Part shown: in pieces, positions 1 through 13,524 of the stretch
Layout: every line of letters starts with the position of its first letter
Numbering within the stretch: position 1 is the first letter of the stretch
Source of the DNA: Atractiella rhizophila
Lineage: Eukaryota
Assembly: GCA_021432655.1 (NCBI GenBank)
Contig: MU271480.1
Location: 11,600 to 55,885 of the forward strand
Direction of reading: 5' to 3'
DNA: 44,286 nucleotides
Notes under the pieces: generated by a model
Seen by the model: the letters and a program-made list of their open reading frames with translations, nothing else
Told to the model about the DNA's origin: nothing
Database searches by the model: none
Translations under genes and position numbers: made by a program

Positions 1-793
1 ACCCTCAGAGCATGCAGTCACGAACTGGACGGCTCCTTCTCGGGTCGAGGTCGAGAAGCATTAGGATATCCTGTACCGACTGCTCAGGTGAAGAAGATTG
101 TCTCAGAAGATGCGACCTGAAAACAGCTGATTCTCCAGACGCTGTACTGGGAAAGGTAGGATGATGCGCCGGAAAGGGTTCCATCTGGACCTGTCCTGCT
201 TCGAGTCCCAAGGCCGTTAATGACCAGCCCAAGATGGACAATGGTACCAGATGTTAGTACCTTTGGTCACATCTCCCCCGTAATTTGCCAGATCATGTAA
301 CCCATCCCGGGTTCTAGCTTCCATCAAAGAATGACCACGAAATAAAGGTTTCCCCATTCCTGCCAGGAGCAAGGATTGGCACTCGAAGATGTATGATATC
401 CGGGATATCAGCCAATGGCTGGTTCTTCGAGTTAGGAATGTAATCCTTTCAATTCATCTTCTTGAAACCTGACGGAATGCCTCCTCACGTCAAAGGGCAG
501 TCAGAGTCAGTCAGACCTTTCATTTCCATCCCCTTGTCATGAGCCAATCTCTAATGGAGTCGTTGACTTCAAGATAGTTCGGATTACGGGGAAAGGAACT
601 GAAATAATTTCCTCCTTGCATTGCTGATGGCGGGGATCAGCTCAAGTCGCACTTCCCCGTCTTTGCTTTCACGCTTCAGGATCATTTCACGCTTCATGGA
701 CAGAAGGGTTCATTCTCCCAGTTCCAAGTCGCGAGGGGACTGGTCTGCCATCAGGTCCCTCATCAACCTTGAAAATCTCTTCATCTGCGTTCT

Positions 794-1663
794 NNNNNNN
801 NNNNNNNNNNNNNNNNNNNNNNNNNNNNNNNNNNNNNNNNNNNNNNNNNNNNNNNNNNNNNNNNNNNNNNNNNNNNNNNNNNNNNNNNNNNNNNNNNNNN
901 NNNNNNNNNNNNNNNNNNNNNNNNNNNNNNNNNNNNNNNNNNNNNNNNNNNNNNNNNNNNNNNNNNNNNNNNNNNNNNNNNNNNNNNNNNNNNNNNNNNN
1001 NNNNNNNNNNNNNNNNNNNNNNNNNNNNNNNNNNNNNNNNNNNNNNNNNNNNNNNNNNNNNNNNNNNNNNNNNNNNNNNNNNNNNNNNNNNNNNNNNNNN
1101 NNNNNNNNNNNNNNNNNNNNNNNNNNNNNNNNNNNNNNNNNNNNNNNNNNNNNNNNNNNNNNNNNNNNNNNNNNNNNNNNNNNNNNNNNNNNNNNNNNNN
1201 NNNNNNNNNNNNNNNNNNNNNNNNNNNNNNNNNNNNNNNNNNNNNNNNNNNNNNNNNNNNNNNNNNNNNNNNNNNNNNNNNNNNNNNNNNNNNNNNNNNN
1301 NNNNNNNNNNNNNNNNNNNNNNNNNNNNNNNNNNNNNNNNNNNNNNNNNNNNNNNNNNNNNNNNNNNNNNNNNNNNNNNNNNNNNNNNNNNNNNNNNNNN
1401 NNNNNNNNNNNNNNNNNNNNNNNNNNNNNNNNNNNNNNNNNNNNNNNNNNNNNNNNNNNNNNNNNNNNNNNNNNNNNNNNNNNNNNNNNNNNNNNNNNNN
1501 NNNNNNNNNNNNNNNNNNNNNNNNNNNNNNNNNNNNNNNNNNNNNNNNNNNNNNNNNNNNNNNNNNNNNNNNNNNNNNNNNNNNNNNNNNNNNNNNNNNN
1601 NNNNNNNNNNNNNNNNNNNNNNNNNNNNNNNNNNNNNNNNNNNNNNNNNNNNNNNNNNNNNNN
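794..1663. other. Assembly gap (870 N)
   Basis: Run of N in the sequence; ORFs spanning it are artefacts. Confidence 0.99.
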
Positions 1664-3641
1664 CTCTAAAACTCAGCTCCGACACATCTCCTTCTCTTCG
1701 GGCTTCCTTGGCTTGCTTCCCCTCTTTTTGCCCAACATTCCAGGTCACTGCAACGCACCAGAACGAGGGCGGGCTGGATTGGGATTCAGCCCGTCTCCGC
1801 TTGCCCAGTTTGGTGATCGAGCCCCATCCCACGCACGCGTATTGACATCACGAAATCAAATGAGTTCCCTTCGATTGGGTGCTGGACAGCATCACTGTGA
1901 TCCACAGGCCATTCAGTGGCTGAGGCAAACGAAGGTCAAAATCTGGGGCAGCAAACAGGAAGCGATATGATATCGATTGAGTGACCTGAAAGATCGTCGT
2001 GCAAATCACCACAGACGTCAATCAATCCCATACCATAAATACCCTGAGCAAGTCTTCCCGTCGACTTCAAACTTTCCCAGTTTCTTCTTCCCTTTCTCTT
2101 CGAGCGCCAAAAGCTCGCCCATCCACAGCGACATCCCCAAGACATCCATCAGCATAGCGACAGGCAAACCGAAAAAAGCGACACACGGAACCAGACAAAA
2201 TTTCGGCCGAACGCCGCTTGCCAGACAAAACAACGAAAAACGACGCACCTCTCTACTTAACCCAGCCCAACTCCCGCTTCCCTTCCGCCTCCCTACGCCA
2301 CTCTGTCACCTCCATATTCTACTTGCCAAACCTCTTTCCCAACCTCTTTACTCCATCAACCCCAACAAAGCAGAACGCCGGTCCGTTAGCCCGCCAAGGG
2401 AAATCACACATCATCATCAGCATCTTTAGGAGGATAGGAGGGCAGCGTCGTGCAGGAAGATAGAGAGGCGGTTATATAGTGTGTTTTTTTTGTCTTCCTC
2501 GTGAAGTCGATGGGCAAGAGCGGAGGATCCTTGGACCGCGGAGCATCAGACTTCTTTTCTTTTTTCTATTTCATGTTGCTTTTTAATCGAGGTATGGATT
2601 GATACGATACGATTATTATTCCTTAGGGCTCTTGTCCTATTCTACCGATAAGCATTCCACGCAGATTGTGGCGTGGGCAGCAATCAGCCGGAGGATGAGG
2701 ATGCGGAGCTAACCGCATGTGATTGTTGTTTTCACGCTCCTTTCACATCCATAAGAGAGAACTTCCTCCTTCTATGTCTGCTTTTGCACTTCTCTCTTTG
2801 CTTTTGTTGGTGGTGTTCCTTTTGTGGCGAAGAAAGGCAGAGAGAACAGTATTACGGATGTGGGAGTTGACTGGGACAGAGGACGGTTCATGAGACATAT
2901 AGTGCGGTATCCACGTTTCTTTTTGGATTCAAGAGTTCGTTAAAGAGTAGTGTTATTGTTCCCCATCGAGCAAATTAACGCTTGCCTCTTTCAAATTCGA
3001 GCTGTGTTGGGTTCGGCGAAAGAGGGGAGGAGCATCAACTGCAGATGTATGGACCGAAACCAGGGGAAAAGGGAGGGAAATCCGCAGCGGAACAGAACTC
3101 CCTCTTGTCTGTTTTCTGTACTACAGATGCTGTGGATGTTTTCAGCCGTGATCATAACCCATTCTAGCATCGTAAAGCTGAGTTCCAGATGCCGAGGCAT
3201 GAAATGTCTTCATTGTTTAGCCGAGAACGGGATAGACGTCAGGAAGGTGGGGTATTGTGTGCCAGCCATTCCTGCACGTCTTATCCTTCCTCCTTTGACT
3301 GGCTGGACTACTACATGGGGTAGAAGACCAAGTTACACTTCTGGATCCTTCCGTCGCAAGGATTCAGTGTGGAGGATGCGGGAGTGATTATTCGGCCTTC
3401 TTCCCCCAAGGATTTTAGTTTCTTGTTACGAGGAGATAAAGATCATGCTTAAAGTTGCATTTCGCCTTCAGCCATGATCTTCACTCTGTCGATATAACCC
3501 AGTTTTTATATTCTGCATTGTGGATGCGAAGTTCAAGGTTTTAACTCCCGTGACTCCCCGCTGGCCCTGTTGCTGCCACATCTTACTGCGGGTATAAAGA
3601 TCTCCCTGCTGACTCCGCTCTGTTCCAGCCCCTCACATAGC

Positions 3642-5183
3642 ATGTCAAGTCGAACTCGAACTCAAACTCAACTGCCACCGTCACCTCCTCATATCGTCGC
3701 CTCTCGCCCAATCCGCTCTCCCCTTAGACCCATCAATCCACCACCCAACAATCCCCGTTACGCTGCTCCTCGCAGTGTTATCCAGTCTGTTCAACAGATC
3801 GAGCGACCCGGTTCAACTCCACCTCGAACCATGAAAGCAGACTATCGTTCCCTCGGCTCAGTAGCGAAGAGTGACGGTCGTCCAGGCAGCTCTGACGGCT
3901 ACTTTGCGGTTGGAAATACCATCAATCGCACCTCTTCTCCTCTCAAACGAGCGATCGGTGAATCTGCAGACGAAGGCTCTGGACGCTCCAAGCGGGCGAA
4001 CAGTCCTCACTTCTCCTCGTTCTATGGCGGTCATGGCCAAAGCGTCCCTTACGTCGATCAACCCAACTTGATCCGAACCTCCAGGCCACAACAAGTCAGC
4101 GGCAGCCACGCCCATGCTCCCCTCTACCCAAGCGGATTGGGATACGGATACGGAGGCGAAGGTTACAGGCGGTCGTCTTCTGCCGTGTCGCCCCACCTGC
4201 ACCGAAACAAGTCCGGACATTCATCCAGGAAGGAGCAGCAGGAGAGGGAGCGGACCAATAAGGAGAGAAGGGATACGAATGATAGTGAGAGCGACGACGA
4301 CTTCGGGGACTTCAGAACGTTGAATGTTTGGAGGAAGCCGAGCGCGAATAAGAAGTGGCAGTATCAACTGGATAGCGATGAAGAAGGAGACTACGAGGAA
4401 GAAGAAGGAGACGAAACTGTGTCGTACGACAATATGACGCGAACAAAGACGCTTCCTGTCGTGCCGCAGGCCAAAAAACCTCTGACGCCACAAAAGAAGT
4501 CGAGATCTTCACCAATCGTCTCTGCCTCATCGGTTGCCATCTCTGCGAAGATGACAGAAATCAAAGCTCCCGGGGTTCCTTCGACAGGTATCGCAAACAA
4601 GCTATCTGCTTCACCAAGCAGGCGTTCCTCTAGTGCTCACGGAAGGTCTTTGTCCTTTCACTCCATGAACGCGGCGATTGCCCTTGGGGGGACTGGCACG
4701 GATGCGAAGACGAGTGACTTCGCCGTCGAGTGTCAATTTAGCGTGGAGGAGAGGGGAAGGAGCAGGGATGCCTTGCGCAGGCTTGCTCAGGGTGCTGTGT
4801 CCGGTAGTGACAGCGAGGCGAGTTATGCCCTTCTACAGTCGCCAACTTTTCTGACAAAGCAATGATAGCCTACTTTTCTGGTTACGCCTCCTAGACCTTC
4901 GCAATCCCCAATGCGGATGTCCCGTGAAATTCAACTGCGCGTTCCCATCCCGTCCAGCATCACGGCAACCTCCTCCTATTCCTCCCCTCCACTCACTCCT
5001 CCGCACTCCAGTCCCGGCAGCTACTTCGCTTCTCGCACACATCTCACCAAGCGACATTCTCCTGATAGCGACAGACCCTCCCTTCATAGTTACACGAGCT
5101 TCGAGCACGATTTCAACATGAAGCCTCCCTCCAGCCCTTCCCTCGAGGAAGCGGATAAGAAGAAAGGTTGGTGGGGGAGATGA
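3642..5183 (+). CDS. Hypothetical Ser/Pro/Arg-rich, probably disordered protein (2 exons: 3642-4817, 4869-5183)
   Basis: Long ORF with ATG at 3642 downstream of TATAAA at ~3593. A 51-nt GC-AG intron (gcgagt...ctgac...tag, 4818-4868) joins it in frame to the 4911-5183 ORF. No domain recognised. Confidence 0.7.
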
Positions 5184-6519
5184 GGTTTGAACAACAACTC
5201 ATAGAAGTCAGTTTTTTTACATTTTGGGCTCCTGGTTTAATTCGGCTTCACAATTGTCAAAGTGTTTTCGATTAGAAAAAAAGGTTTTTGTTTCATTACC
5301 ACAAAACAAGTCGTGTTGTTCTCATAGATACCTCACCTCATTTAATCCTTCACTCTTCACGAAGGAACTCACTCTCTCTGCTCAATCACGTCAGACAGAG
5401 GCTCCTCTTGGAGTGCATTCTGTGTCTTCTTCCCTTACCTTGGGTTGTCATTAACATACGTACTGGAAAGTTCTCGTCCGTTTGGGTTCAGAATGCGCTT
5501 TCTACTTTCTTCTCTCAACGAGCATTTCTTTCGATTTTCAGAACATCATTCCAGCGCATCAAGTCAGCAGTGGTTGTTCTTTCTGTCACCCACCAATCTC
5601 TCCTAATGCCTCCAAGGTACATAACCTACCATATGCCCTTCCTTTCCGCTTTCCTTTCCATTTCAAAGTTCCACAACAGATCTCCATTACAAATTTTCTT
5701 CGACGTTAGCTCCAGATATGTGATGGACTACTCTTTGCATTTATTCTGCGATTTAACATGGGGATACCCTTCTACTGCTACATTCTAACCATTCTTTTCT
5801 GCCTCATTTCGTTCTTTACCTTCCTTGCAATAGTTTTAACGAGTCGTCTTCACATTTCTCAGGCGACGTTCTGCCCTTCCTCTTCCCTTCATCGTTCCTT
5901 CAAAATGTTACTTTCAGATGCAATGGGATTCTGGTTTCTCTCAGTTCCTCTGGGAACAGCGAAGTTGCCGTTATCAATCAGGGAACACCAATCGATCAAC
6001 GGTGGAACAACATCTGGCTGACAGCTGGACGCCATCTCTCTTCCTGCTTTCACCTGCGTCCGACTGTTTGACTGGTTCGATGTTGGAAAGTGTGCTTCTC
6101 TCCACATCCTCAGGCACCACAACCTGACGAATTGAGATAGTGCGTACATCGGCGAAGGTGATCCGGGTACCCAAGAGGTTACCGCTTACAGAGCTGCATT
6201 CGTGCAGTGCGGAACGCGTTTGAACCTTTATTTGCACCATTCGAAGCCGAAGCCAACCCAGAGCACTGAGACAAGCACTTCCCGCACCCTGTGACCCCTC
6301 AGCGCAGCATGTATCGTGATGGGGAAGAACGAGTCGTGGACGGTTGACGGTCCTCCTTCCGCCGGGGCTTGCTGTGTGTGTCCACATGGACCTGCTTCCC
6401 CATTTGTGGTAGCCACAGCCATAAAAGGCGCTGAGGTGGAGAAGGAACCAGCAGCGTCCCTTGATCTCCTTCTGCTGCCTTGAGGTCGCTGGCTCCGTGA
6501 CTACTGTTCTTTAAGCGTC

Positions 6520-8783
6520 ATGAAGTTTTCCTCGGTTGCGTCTATCGTCCTGTTCACGGTTCTGGCTCAAGCCGCTCCTCTTATTTCAAGAGCAGTTCTT
6601 ACACCCAGTAAGGATCCTTTCTATAAGGCGCCAGCCGGTTTCGCGAATGAGCCACTGGGAACCATTTTGGCCTCGCGAGAGGTTGACGTGGGGCTGCTGG
6701 GCCTACCTTCCGCGACACAAGCGTACCAGCTGCTCTATCGCACAGAGTCGCAAAACGGAACAGCCATGGTTCGCCAATATCTCTCTCCTTCAACATCGCG
6801 CTGAAGAGAAATACAGGCGACGGTGACGACAATTTTCGTTCCTGCTCAACCCGCAGCTGGCGCCGCCAAACTGTTGGCCTTCAATACTGCCGAAGATTCC
6901 ACGGGAAGCATTTGTGCACCGAGGTGAGAGGTCTCGATCTTCGCGAGCATGACTGACATTGCTTCAGTTATGCATATCAAACTGGCTCGACTCAGATCTC
7001 TATCATAGTGACCTTCGAGTATTTGATACTCCAAGGTTTCTTGAACCAAGGCTGGTCAGTGCTTACTGCTTTATGTTGAACCTACTAAACTTCGCCTAGG
7101 TACGTGGTGAGCCCAGGTATCCGATCGAGTCTTCAGGCTGAGACCACCAACTAACAACCTGAGGGACAGACTATGAAGGCCCCAATTCCGCATTCGGGGC
7201 GGGAAGGCTTGCAGGAAAAGGTGTTCTTGGTGCGTATATTGGTCCCGCAGTTGCGAACTCAATGTAACTGCTCATCTGGTTTAGACTCGATTCGCGCAAC
7301 GTTGAATTACAAGCCTCTTGGATTCTCAGCGGATACACAGATTGGAATCGCAGGTTACTCTGGGTTCGTATTACTTTCTGCCGCGTGTAAATGTCTCTGA
7401 AACTCAGTGATATCTACAGCGGAGCTATTGCAAGTGGATGGGCAGGAGCTCTCCAGCCCACAGTTAGACTTCGGCTTCTCTATCTCTGCACTCCACTAAC
7501 TGAAAACGTATAGTACGCCCCGGAATTGAACATTGTTGGTATTACCCAAGGTGAGTTTTTTGCCCACCTATTCAGGATAAGGGTTGACGGGAAGCAGGGG
7601 GAACCCCTGCAAATATCTCGTGCGTAATCATAACTCCTTTCATGAGCCGATGACTGAGAACATCTCAGTGGCACGCTGCAGTACTTGGATGGCACGCTTT
7701 TTGCTGGTTCGTTTGTCGTCTTCGGCCTCACCATCCTCTCACAAATAACGACAGGCTTCGGCGTTGGTGGTATAACTGGCTTGAGCAACTCTTATGCCTG
7801 TTTGTCCAAACCCACAAATTTCTTAACCCTGACACAAAGATGTCAGCTATCAACACTCTGTTGAACAGTATTGGCACCATCCTAGGCAAAGCGGCTTTTG
7901 CTTTGTCGAATGCACAATGTGCTATTGGCAACCTGGCTTCCTTTGCCTTTCAAACAGTGCAATCAAAATTGTACACCTCTGCAGGTTTGTATTAGCCAGA
8001 TTGACATTATCAATGAGGCTGACAACCGTGCAGGCGCCAACCTTCTGTACCTTCCCGCCGTCCAAGTGAGCTGCTTACTTTTTGATTGTGCAAGGCTAAA
8101 TGTCATGCCAGGCTGTTACGAAGGTTCATTCATTTTTAAGTGATGTTCGACCAACTCAGAATCCTTTAGGAAAATACCCTAGGAGTCAACTCTGCAGAGA
8201 CTCCCGGCGCACCAACTTACGTTTATCATGCACTATACGACGAAATGTGAGTATCTGGGGTGACGGTAACAATTTCTGACTTTGCGCCTTGTAGCATTCC
8301 TGTTGGAGATACAGATACCATGGTGAATGCGTACTGTTCTAACGGAGGCAACATTATCTATGAGGTTCGTCTCTGCATCAGCATTCCTCCTCCTGCTAAC
8401 GAAACAAAACAGAAAAACATCGGTATTTTATACCCTTGTAATCGACTTAATGTCTGATGAAGTGCCTAGGACTGGCCGAACACGCCACTCTAGAAATTCT
8501 AAGCATCGGTATATTTTCCCTTTTATCTCAGCCGTCATATGTCAACCAATCACCATAGGTCGGGTCACGAATTTCTTTATTGACAGATTCGCTGGGAAGG
8601 CCATTGCTGCAGGATGTACCAGGCGTAAGTGCTTTGCGTTAGCGCGATGGGTCGGTGGATCACCGATTGTGATTTATAGGCAATATCACGACGGCTGAAA
8701 TGCTCGCAGACCCTCAGGTTGCAGGGACGGGAATGCAGGCTGTTTGGAGTCAGCTGCTTGGATTTGTGGGCAAGGAGCTCTAA
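6520..8783 (+). CDS. Secretory lipase, LIP family (copy 1, multi-exon)
   Basis: Signal peptide MKFSSVASIVLFTVLAQA, then PSKDPFY, AYQLLYRT, spliced PDYEGP, nucleophile motif GYSGG, YAPELN, GGTPA, HALYDEI (Asp) and LAEH (His). Last exon ends GKEL-TAA at 8783. Confidence 0.9.
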
Positions 8784-9131
8784 TTATTCTCTAACAAAGT
8801 GAGGATCCAAGTTTGTCGTTGAATTTAGCAAGTAAACACACGGGTTTGGGCAGATCACGATAACGACCAGAAGAACCGGACGACGACGAGCTCAGAGAGC
8901 TTATGGAGGAGAGTCAAAGATGGCTCTCATTTGCGCCAAAGTGCACATCAAATTCGTGTAATATCTTGAGGAACTCGTGCAAGCAAAATGTATCTGCTAT
9001 TCAGTCAATAAGTTCACAAGTCACCTCGATGAAGATAAACTAATCCCAATGGTACAGTTGGCTATAGTCATGATGTTGATGTTCAAACCAGGAAAGCAGC
9101 CAAGAAGCTATCTTCAAACTTTAAAAGAACG

Positions 9132-11135
9132 CCCGCAGCGGTGATCCGGCCAAGAGGTTGCCGCCGAGCCACCACTCGCGAAGGTGCAGAACGCGTTTGA
9201 AGCTTCATTTCGAAGCCGAAGCAAAGCCAAACCAGAATCTTCGCGCACCGTGTGACCACTCATCGCAGCATGGGGAGAACGAGGTGTCGACGGTTGACGG
9301 TCCTCCTGCCGCCGGGGCTTGTTGTCTCCATCCACATGGAAGCTCCTCCCACAACAAGCCAGCCATAAAAGGCATGGGTGGAGAAGGAACTAGTAGCGTC
9401 CCCTCGCTGTTCTTCTGCTCACTCGAAGTGGCTGGGTCCGTGACTGCTATTTTTTGAGCGTCATGAAGTTTTCCGCTTTATCGTCCATCGCTCTACTCAC
9501 GGCTCTCTGTCAAGCCGCTCCTCTTGTTTCAAGAGCAGTTCTCACACCCAGCAAGGATCCCTTCTACAAAGCGCCAGCCGGTTTCGCGAATGAGCCACTT
9601 GGGACCATTTTGGCGTCGCGAGAGGTGGACGTAGGGCTGCTGGGTCTACCTTCCGCGACACAAGCGTACCAGCTGCTGTACCGCACTGAGTCGCATAACG
9701 GGACGGCCATGGTTCACCATTTATCTTCCTGTCCGAGTACGGCACTGAAAAGGAATGCAGGCGACAGTGACAACAATTTTTGTTCCTGCTCAACCCGCAG
9801 CTGGCGCTCCCAAACTGTTGGCTTTCAATACCGCTGAGGATTCGACGGGAAGCATTTGTGCACCAAGGTGAGAGATTTCAATCTCTCGAGAGTATTAACT
9901 GACTATTGCCTCAGTTACGCATACCAAACTGGCTCGGCGCAGATTTCTCTCATAGTGACGTTCGAGTATCTGATACTCCAAGGTTTCTTGAACCAAGGCT
10001 GGTCAGTACTTGCCGTTTCTTATTGATCATGTTCTAAACTTTGTGTAGGTATGTTGTGAGCCCAGGTATCCATTTCAGTTTTTACGGTGAGTCTACCAAC
10101 TAACGACCTGGGCAACAGACTACGAAGGACCCACCCGCAGCGGTTATCCGGCCAAGAGGTTGCCGCCGAGCCACCACTCGCGAAGGTGCAGAACGCGTTT
10201 GAAGCTTCATTTCGAAGCCGAAGCAAAGCCAAACCAGAATCTTCGCGCACCGTGTGACCACTCATCGCAGCATGGGGAGAACGAGGTGTCGACGGTTGAC
10301 GGTCCTCCTGCCGCCGGGGCTTGTTGTCTCCATCCACATGGAAGTTCCTTCCACAACAAGCCAGCCATAAAAGGCATGGGTGGAGAAGGAACTAGTAGCG
10401 TCCCCTCGCTGTTCTTCTGCTCACTCGAACTGACTGGGTCCGTGACTGCTATTTTTTGAGCGTCATGAAGTTTTCCGCTTTATCGTCCATCGCTCTACTC
10501 ACGGCTCTCTGTCAAGCCGCTCCTCTTGTTTCAAGAGCAGTTCTCACACCCAGCAAGGATCCCTTCTACAAAGCGCCAGCTGGTTTCGCGAATGAGCCAC
10601 TTGGGACCATTTTGGCGTCGCGAGAGGTGGATGTAGGGCTGCTGGGTCTACCTTCCGCGACACAAGCGTACCAGCTGCTGTACCGCACTGAGTCGCATAA
10701 CGGGACGGCCATGGTTCACCATTTATCTTCCTGTCCGAGTAGAGCACTGAAAAGGAATGCAGGCGACAGTGACAACAATTTTTGTTCCTGCTCAACCCGC
10801 AGCTGGCGCTCCCAAACTGTTGGCTTTCAATACCGCTGAGGATTCGACGGGAAGCATTTGTGCACCAAGGTGAGAGATTTCAATCTCTCGAGAGTATTAA
10901 CTGACTATTGCCTCAGTTACGCATACCAAACTGGCTCGGCGCAGATTTCTCTCATAGTGACGTTCGAGTATCTGATACTCCAAGGTTTCTTGAACCAAGG
11001 CTGGTCAGTACTTGCCGTTTCTTATTGATCATGTTCTAAACTTTGTGTAGGTATGTTGTGAGCCCAGGTATCCATTTCAGTTTTCACGGTGAGTCTACCA
11101 ACTAACGACCTGGGCAACAGACTACGAAGGACCCA
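9132..11135 (+). repeat. Head-to-tail tandem duplication, 1002-bp unit (9132-10133 / 10134-11135)
   Basis: Sequences align at a constant offset of 1002 with about ten substitutions seen by eye. Junction reads ...gaaggaccca|cccgcagcgg... Confidence 0.95.
9463..10133 (+). pseudogene. 3'-truncated LIP lipase (copy 2)
   Basis: Near-identical to the 5' part of copy 3, but cut right after DYEGP, before the GYSGG nucleophile, by the duplication junction. Confidence 0.85.
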
Positions 11136-12874
11136 ATTCTGCATTTGGGGCGGGAAGACTTGCAGGAAAGGGTGTTCTTGGTGCGCGTACTATCCACGAC
11201 GTAGTGAAGCCATTTTAACTGCTGATTTGGTTTAGACTCAATTCGTGCGACGTTGAACTACAAGCCTCTTGGATTGTCAGCGGAGACACAGATAGGAATC
11301 GCGGGCTATTCCGGGTTAGCATTTCTTTCTTCTCCCTAACAATATCTTTGAAGCTGACCGTATTATAGGGGAGCTATTGCAAGTGGATGGGCGGGAGCGC
11401 TCCAGCCCACCGTTAGTCTAGCCTTGCTTATTTTTACAATCAGCTGATACAGAACCAGTACGCTCCGGAACTGAATGTCGTTGGAATTACCCAAGGTGAG
11501 CGCTTTGTCCAATGTGCAGGAAAAAATTTGACCTAGAGCAGGTGGAACTCCCGCAAACATCTCGTACGGTTTCAGTTTCCCCCCTCCCTTAGTCAACTCA
11601 TGAACCCCGGACATCATAGCGGCACACTGGAGTACTTAGACGGCACACTTTTTGCTGGTACAATTTTTGTTATAGCTCCAACCTCCACTGACGTTCTGGA
11701 AGGTTTCGGTGTAGGTGGTATTACCGGCTTGAGCAACTCTTACGCCTGTCCGTCCCTTTACGCAAGTTATTTGGACCTCACGTAGCGTACCAAACTAGCC
11801 ATCAACTCTCTCTTGAATAGCATCGGCACCATTTGGGGCAAAGCAGCTTTCGCTCTCTCGAACGCCCAATGTGCTATTGGCAACTTAGCTGCCTTTGCCT
11901 TTCAAACAGTGCAATCAAGGCTGTACACCTCCGCAGGTTTGACGCCTCAAATTTGAAAATGCCGCAAGCTAAAGATGCTACAGGTGCCAACCTTCTATAT
12001 CTCCCCACCGTCCAAGTAAGTCTTCCATTTTCTTGAGAAGACAAGACCTGAAAGATCAATCCAGGCTGTTACGAAGGTTCATATGGTTTTAATTCATAAT
12101 TAAACTACTGAGTGAACTTGCAGGAAAATACTCTGGGAGTGAATGCTGCAGAGACTCCCGGTGCGCCAACTTACGTTTACCATGCGCTCTACGATGAGAT
12201 GTGAGCATCCTAACATTGTGATAATAACGTTCTGATTGCCGGACAGCATACCCGTTGGTGATACCGATACCATGGTGAACGCATATTGTTCTAACGGAGG
12301 CAACATTATTTACGAGGTTTGCCTCCTCGAAAGTATTCCTCCTATAACTAATCTAAGCGAACTAGAAAAACATCGGTAGCGCTATGTCCTTGTAAATTGG
12401 CTGCGGTTCTGACAGCGCAACTAGGACTGAGCGAACACGCTAGCCTAGAAATTTTAAGCATCGGTACAATCCTTTATTTCAAAAGCTCATAATGCTAACT
12501 AGATTCCAGGTCGTGTCACGAACTTCTTCATTGATAGGTTCGCCGGAAAGGCTATTTCTGCAGGATGTACCCGACGTAAATGCTCGACCTCTGCCAGTCA
12601 CCAGGACTAATGCGAAGTGTAGGCAACATCACAACAACTGAATTGCTCACAAACCCACAAGTTGAAGGGACGGGAATGGAGTCAGTTTGGAATCAGTTGC
12701 TTGGCTTTATGGGCCAGGAGGTTGGGGATAAATCTGAGGGAAATGACAGGTAAATTCCTCTTACTACGCTCTATGTCAAAGTCACTGATCTGTTGCAGGA
12801 TTTGGAAAGAGAACACAAGGGAAGCGTCGACAGAATACAATTCTACGACGACGACGATGAGGACACGATGGTAA
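10465..12874 (+). CDS. Secretory lipase, LIP family (copy 3, multi-exon)
   Basis: Same exon layout and motifs as copy 1 (signal peptide, DYEGP, GYSGG, YAPELN, HALYDE, LSEH). Stop is TAA at 12753 if unspliced, or 12874 if the gtaaat...tgcag intron is used. Confidence 0.9.
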
Positions 12875-13524
12875 CGAGTGATGAGCCGATTCAGCGCTTA
12901 TGCAGGGGAAGGAGAAGGAAAGGCGTCTCATTTTCATGAAGTGCCAATCAATATCAATATGGAGTACGTGCAAGCGCGTTGTCACCTTGTATCTTTGAAA
13001 TTACAAGTGTTGTGAGTGAACTTGAAAAGTCGCTACTATCACGCTACCTATTAGTGTTCCGACACCGTCCTATCCATATCCATCACTCTGAGTCGACTCG
13101 TAATGTCTCGTGGGTCAGGACGATGCCACTAGTTCAAATTCGACTAGTCCGCACATTCAAGCTTCAGGTCATCATCCTGATGACTTATGGTACTATTCCA
13201 GCCTTTAAGCGCCTTCAAGTTCTCCAACTGCAACATCATGATCACATCCCTAGTGGCAATTGATGCGGGACCACGAGTGCTCAAATGTTCACCTATGGCT
13301 TCTTCAAGCTATTCATTCAACACTCCTCTGAGGCGGATAAATGACCAATTTTGCCGAACCACATTTTGGATGATATGATAGAGAAAGTGAAATTGGTATC
13401 TCTTGGTCAGTGTTTCTCTTTCTCCTCACCAGATGGACCATGCTAGTGCCAGACCAAAATCCGAAGGTAACAGACATAAAAGCCGTCCTGCATTGGCTGT
13501 TCTCCCAGCTGCCAGAGTAACAGT

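Noticed and set aside
1735..1775. VAVTWNVG on the minus strand, resembling the inositol 5-phosphatase/EEP TWNV motif
   Set aside because: No other family motifs nearby, an in-frame stop lies upstream, and the sequence runs into the gap.
621..1970. Three long ORFs (358-449 aa) in the ORF track
   Set aside because: They are long only because they span the N gap.
5288..5900. 166-aa plus ORF and a Trp-rich, stop-interrupted minus frame vaguely like a retroelement tail
   Set aside because: No recognisable domain or splice structure; not supportable.
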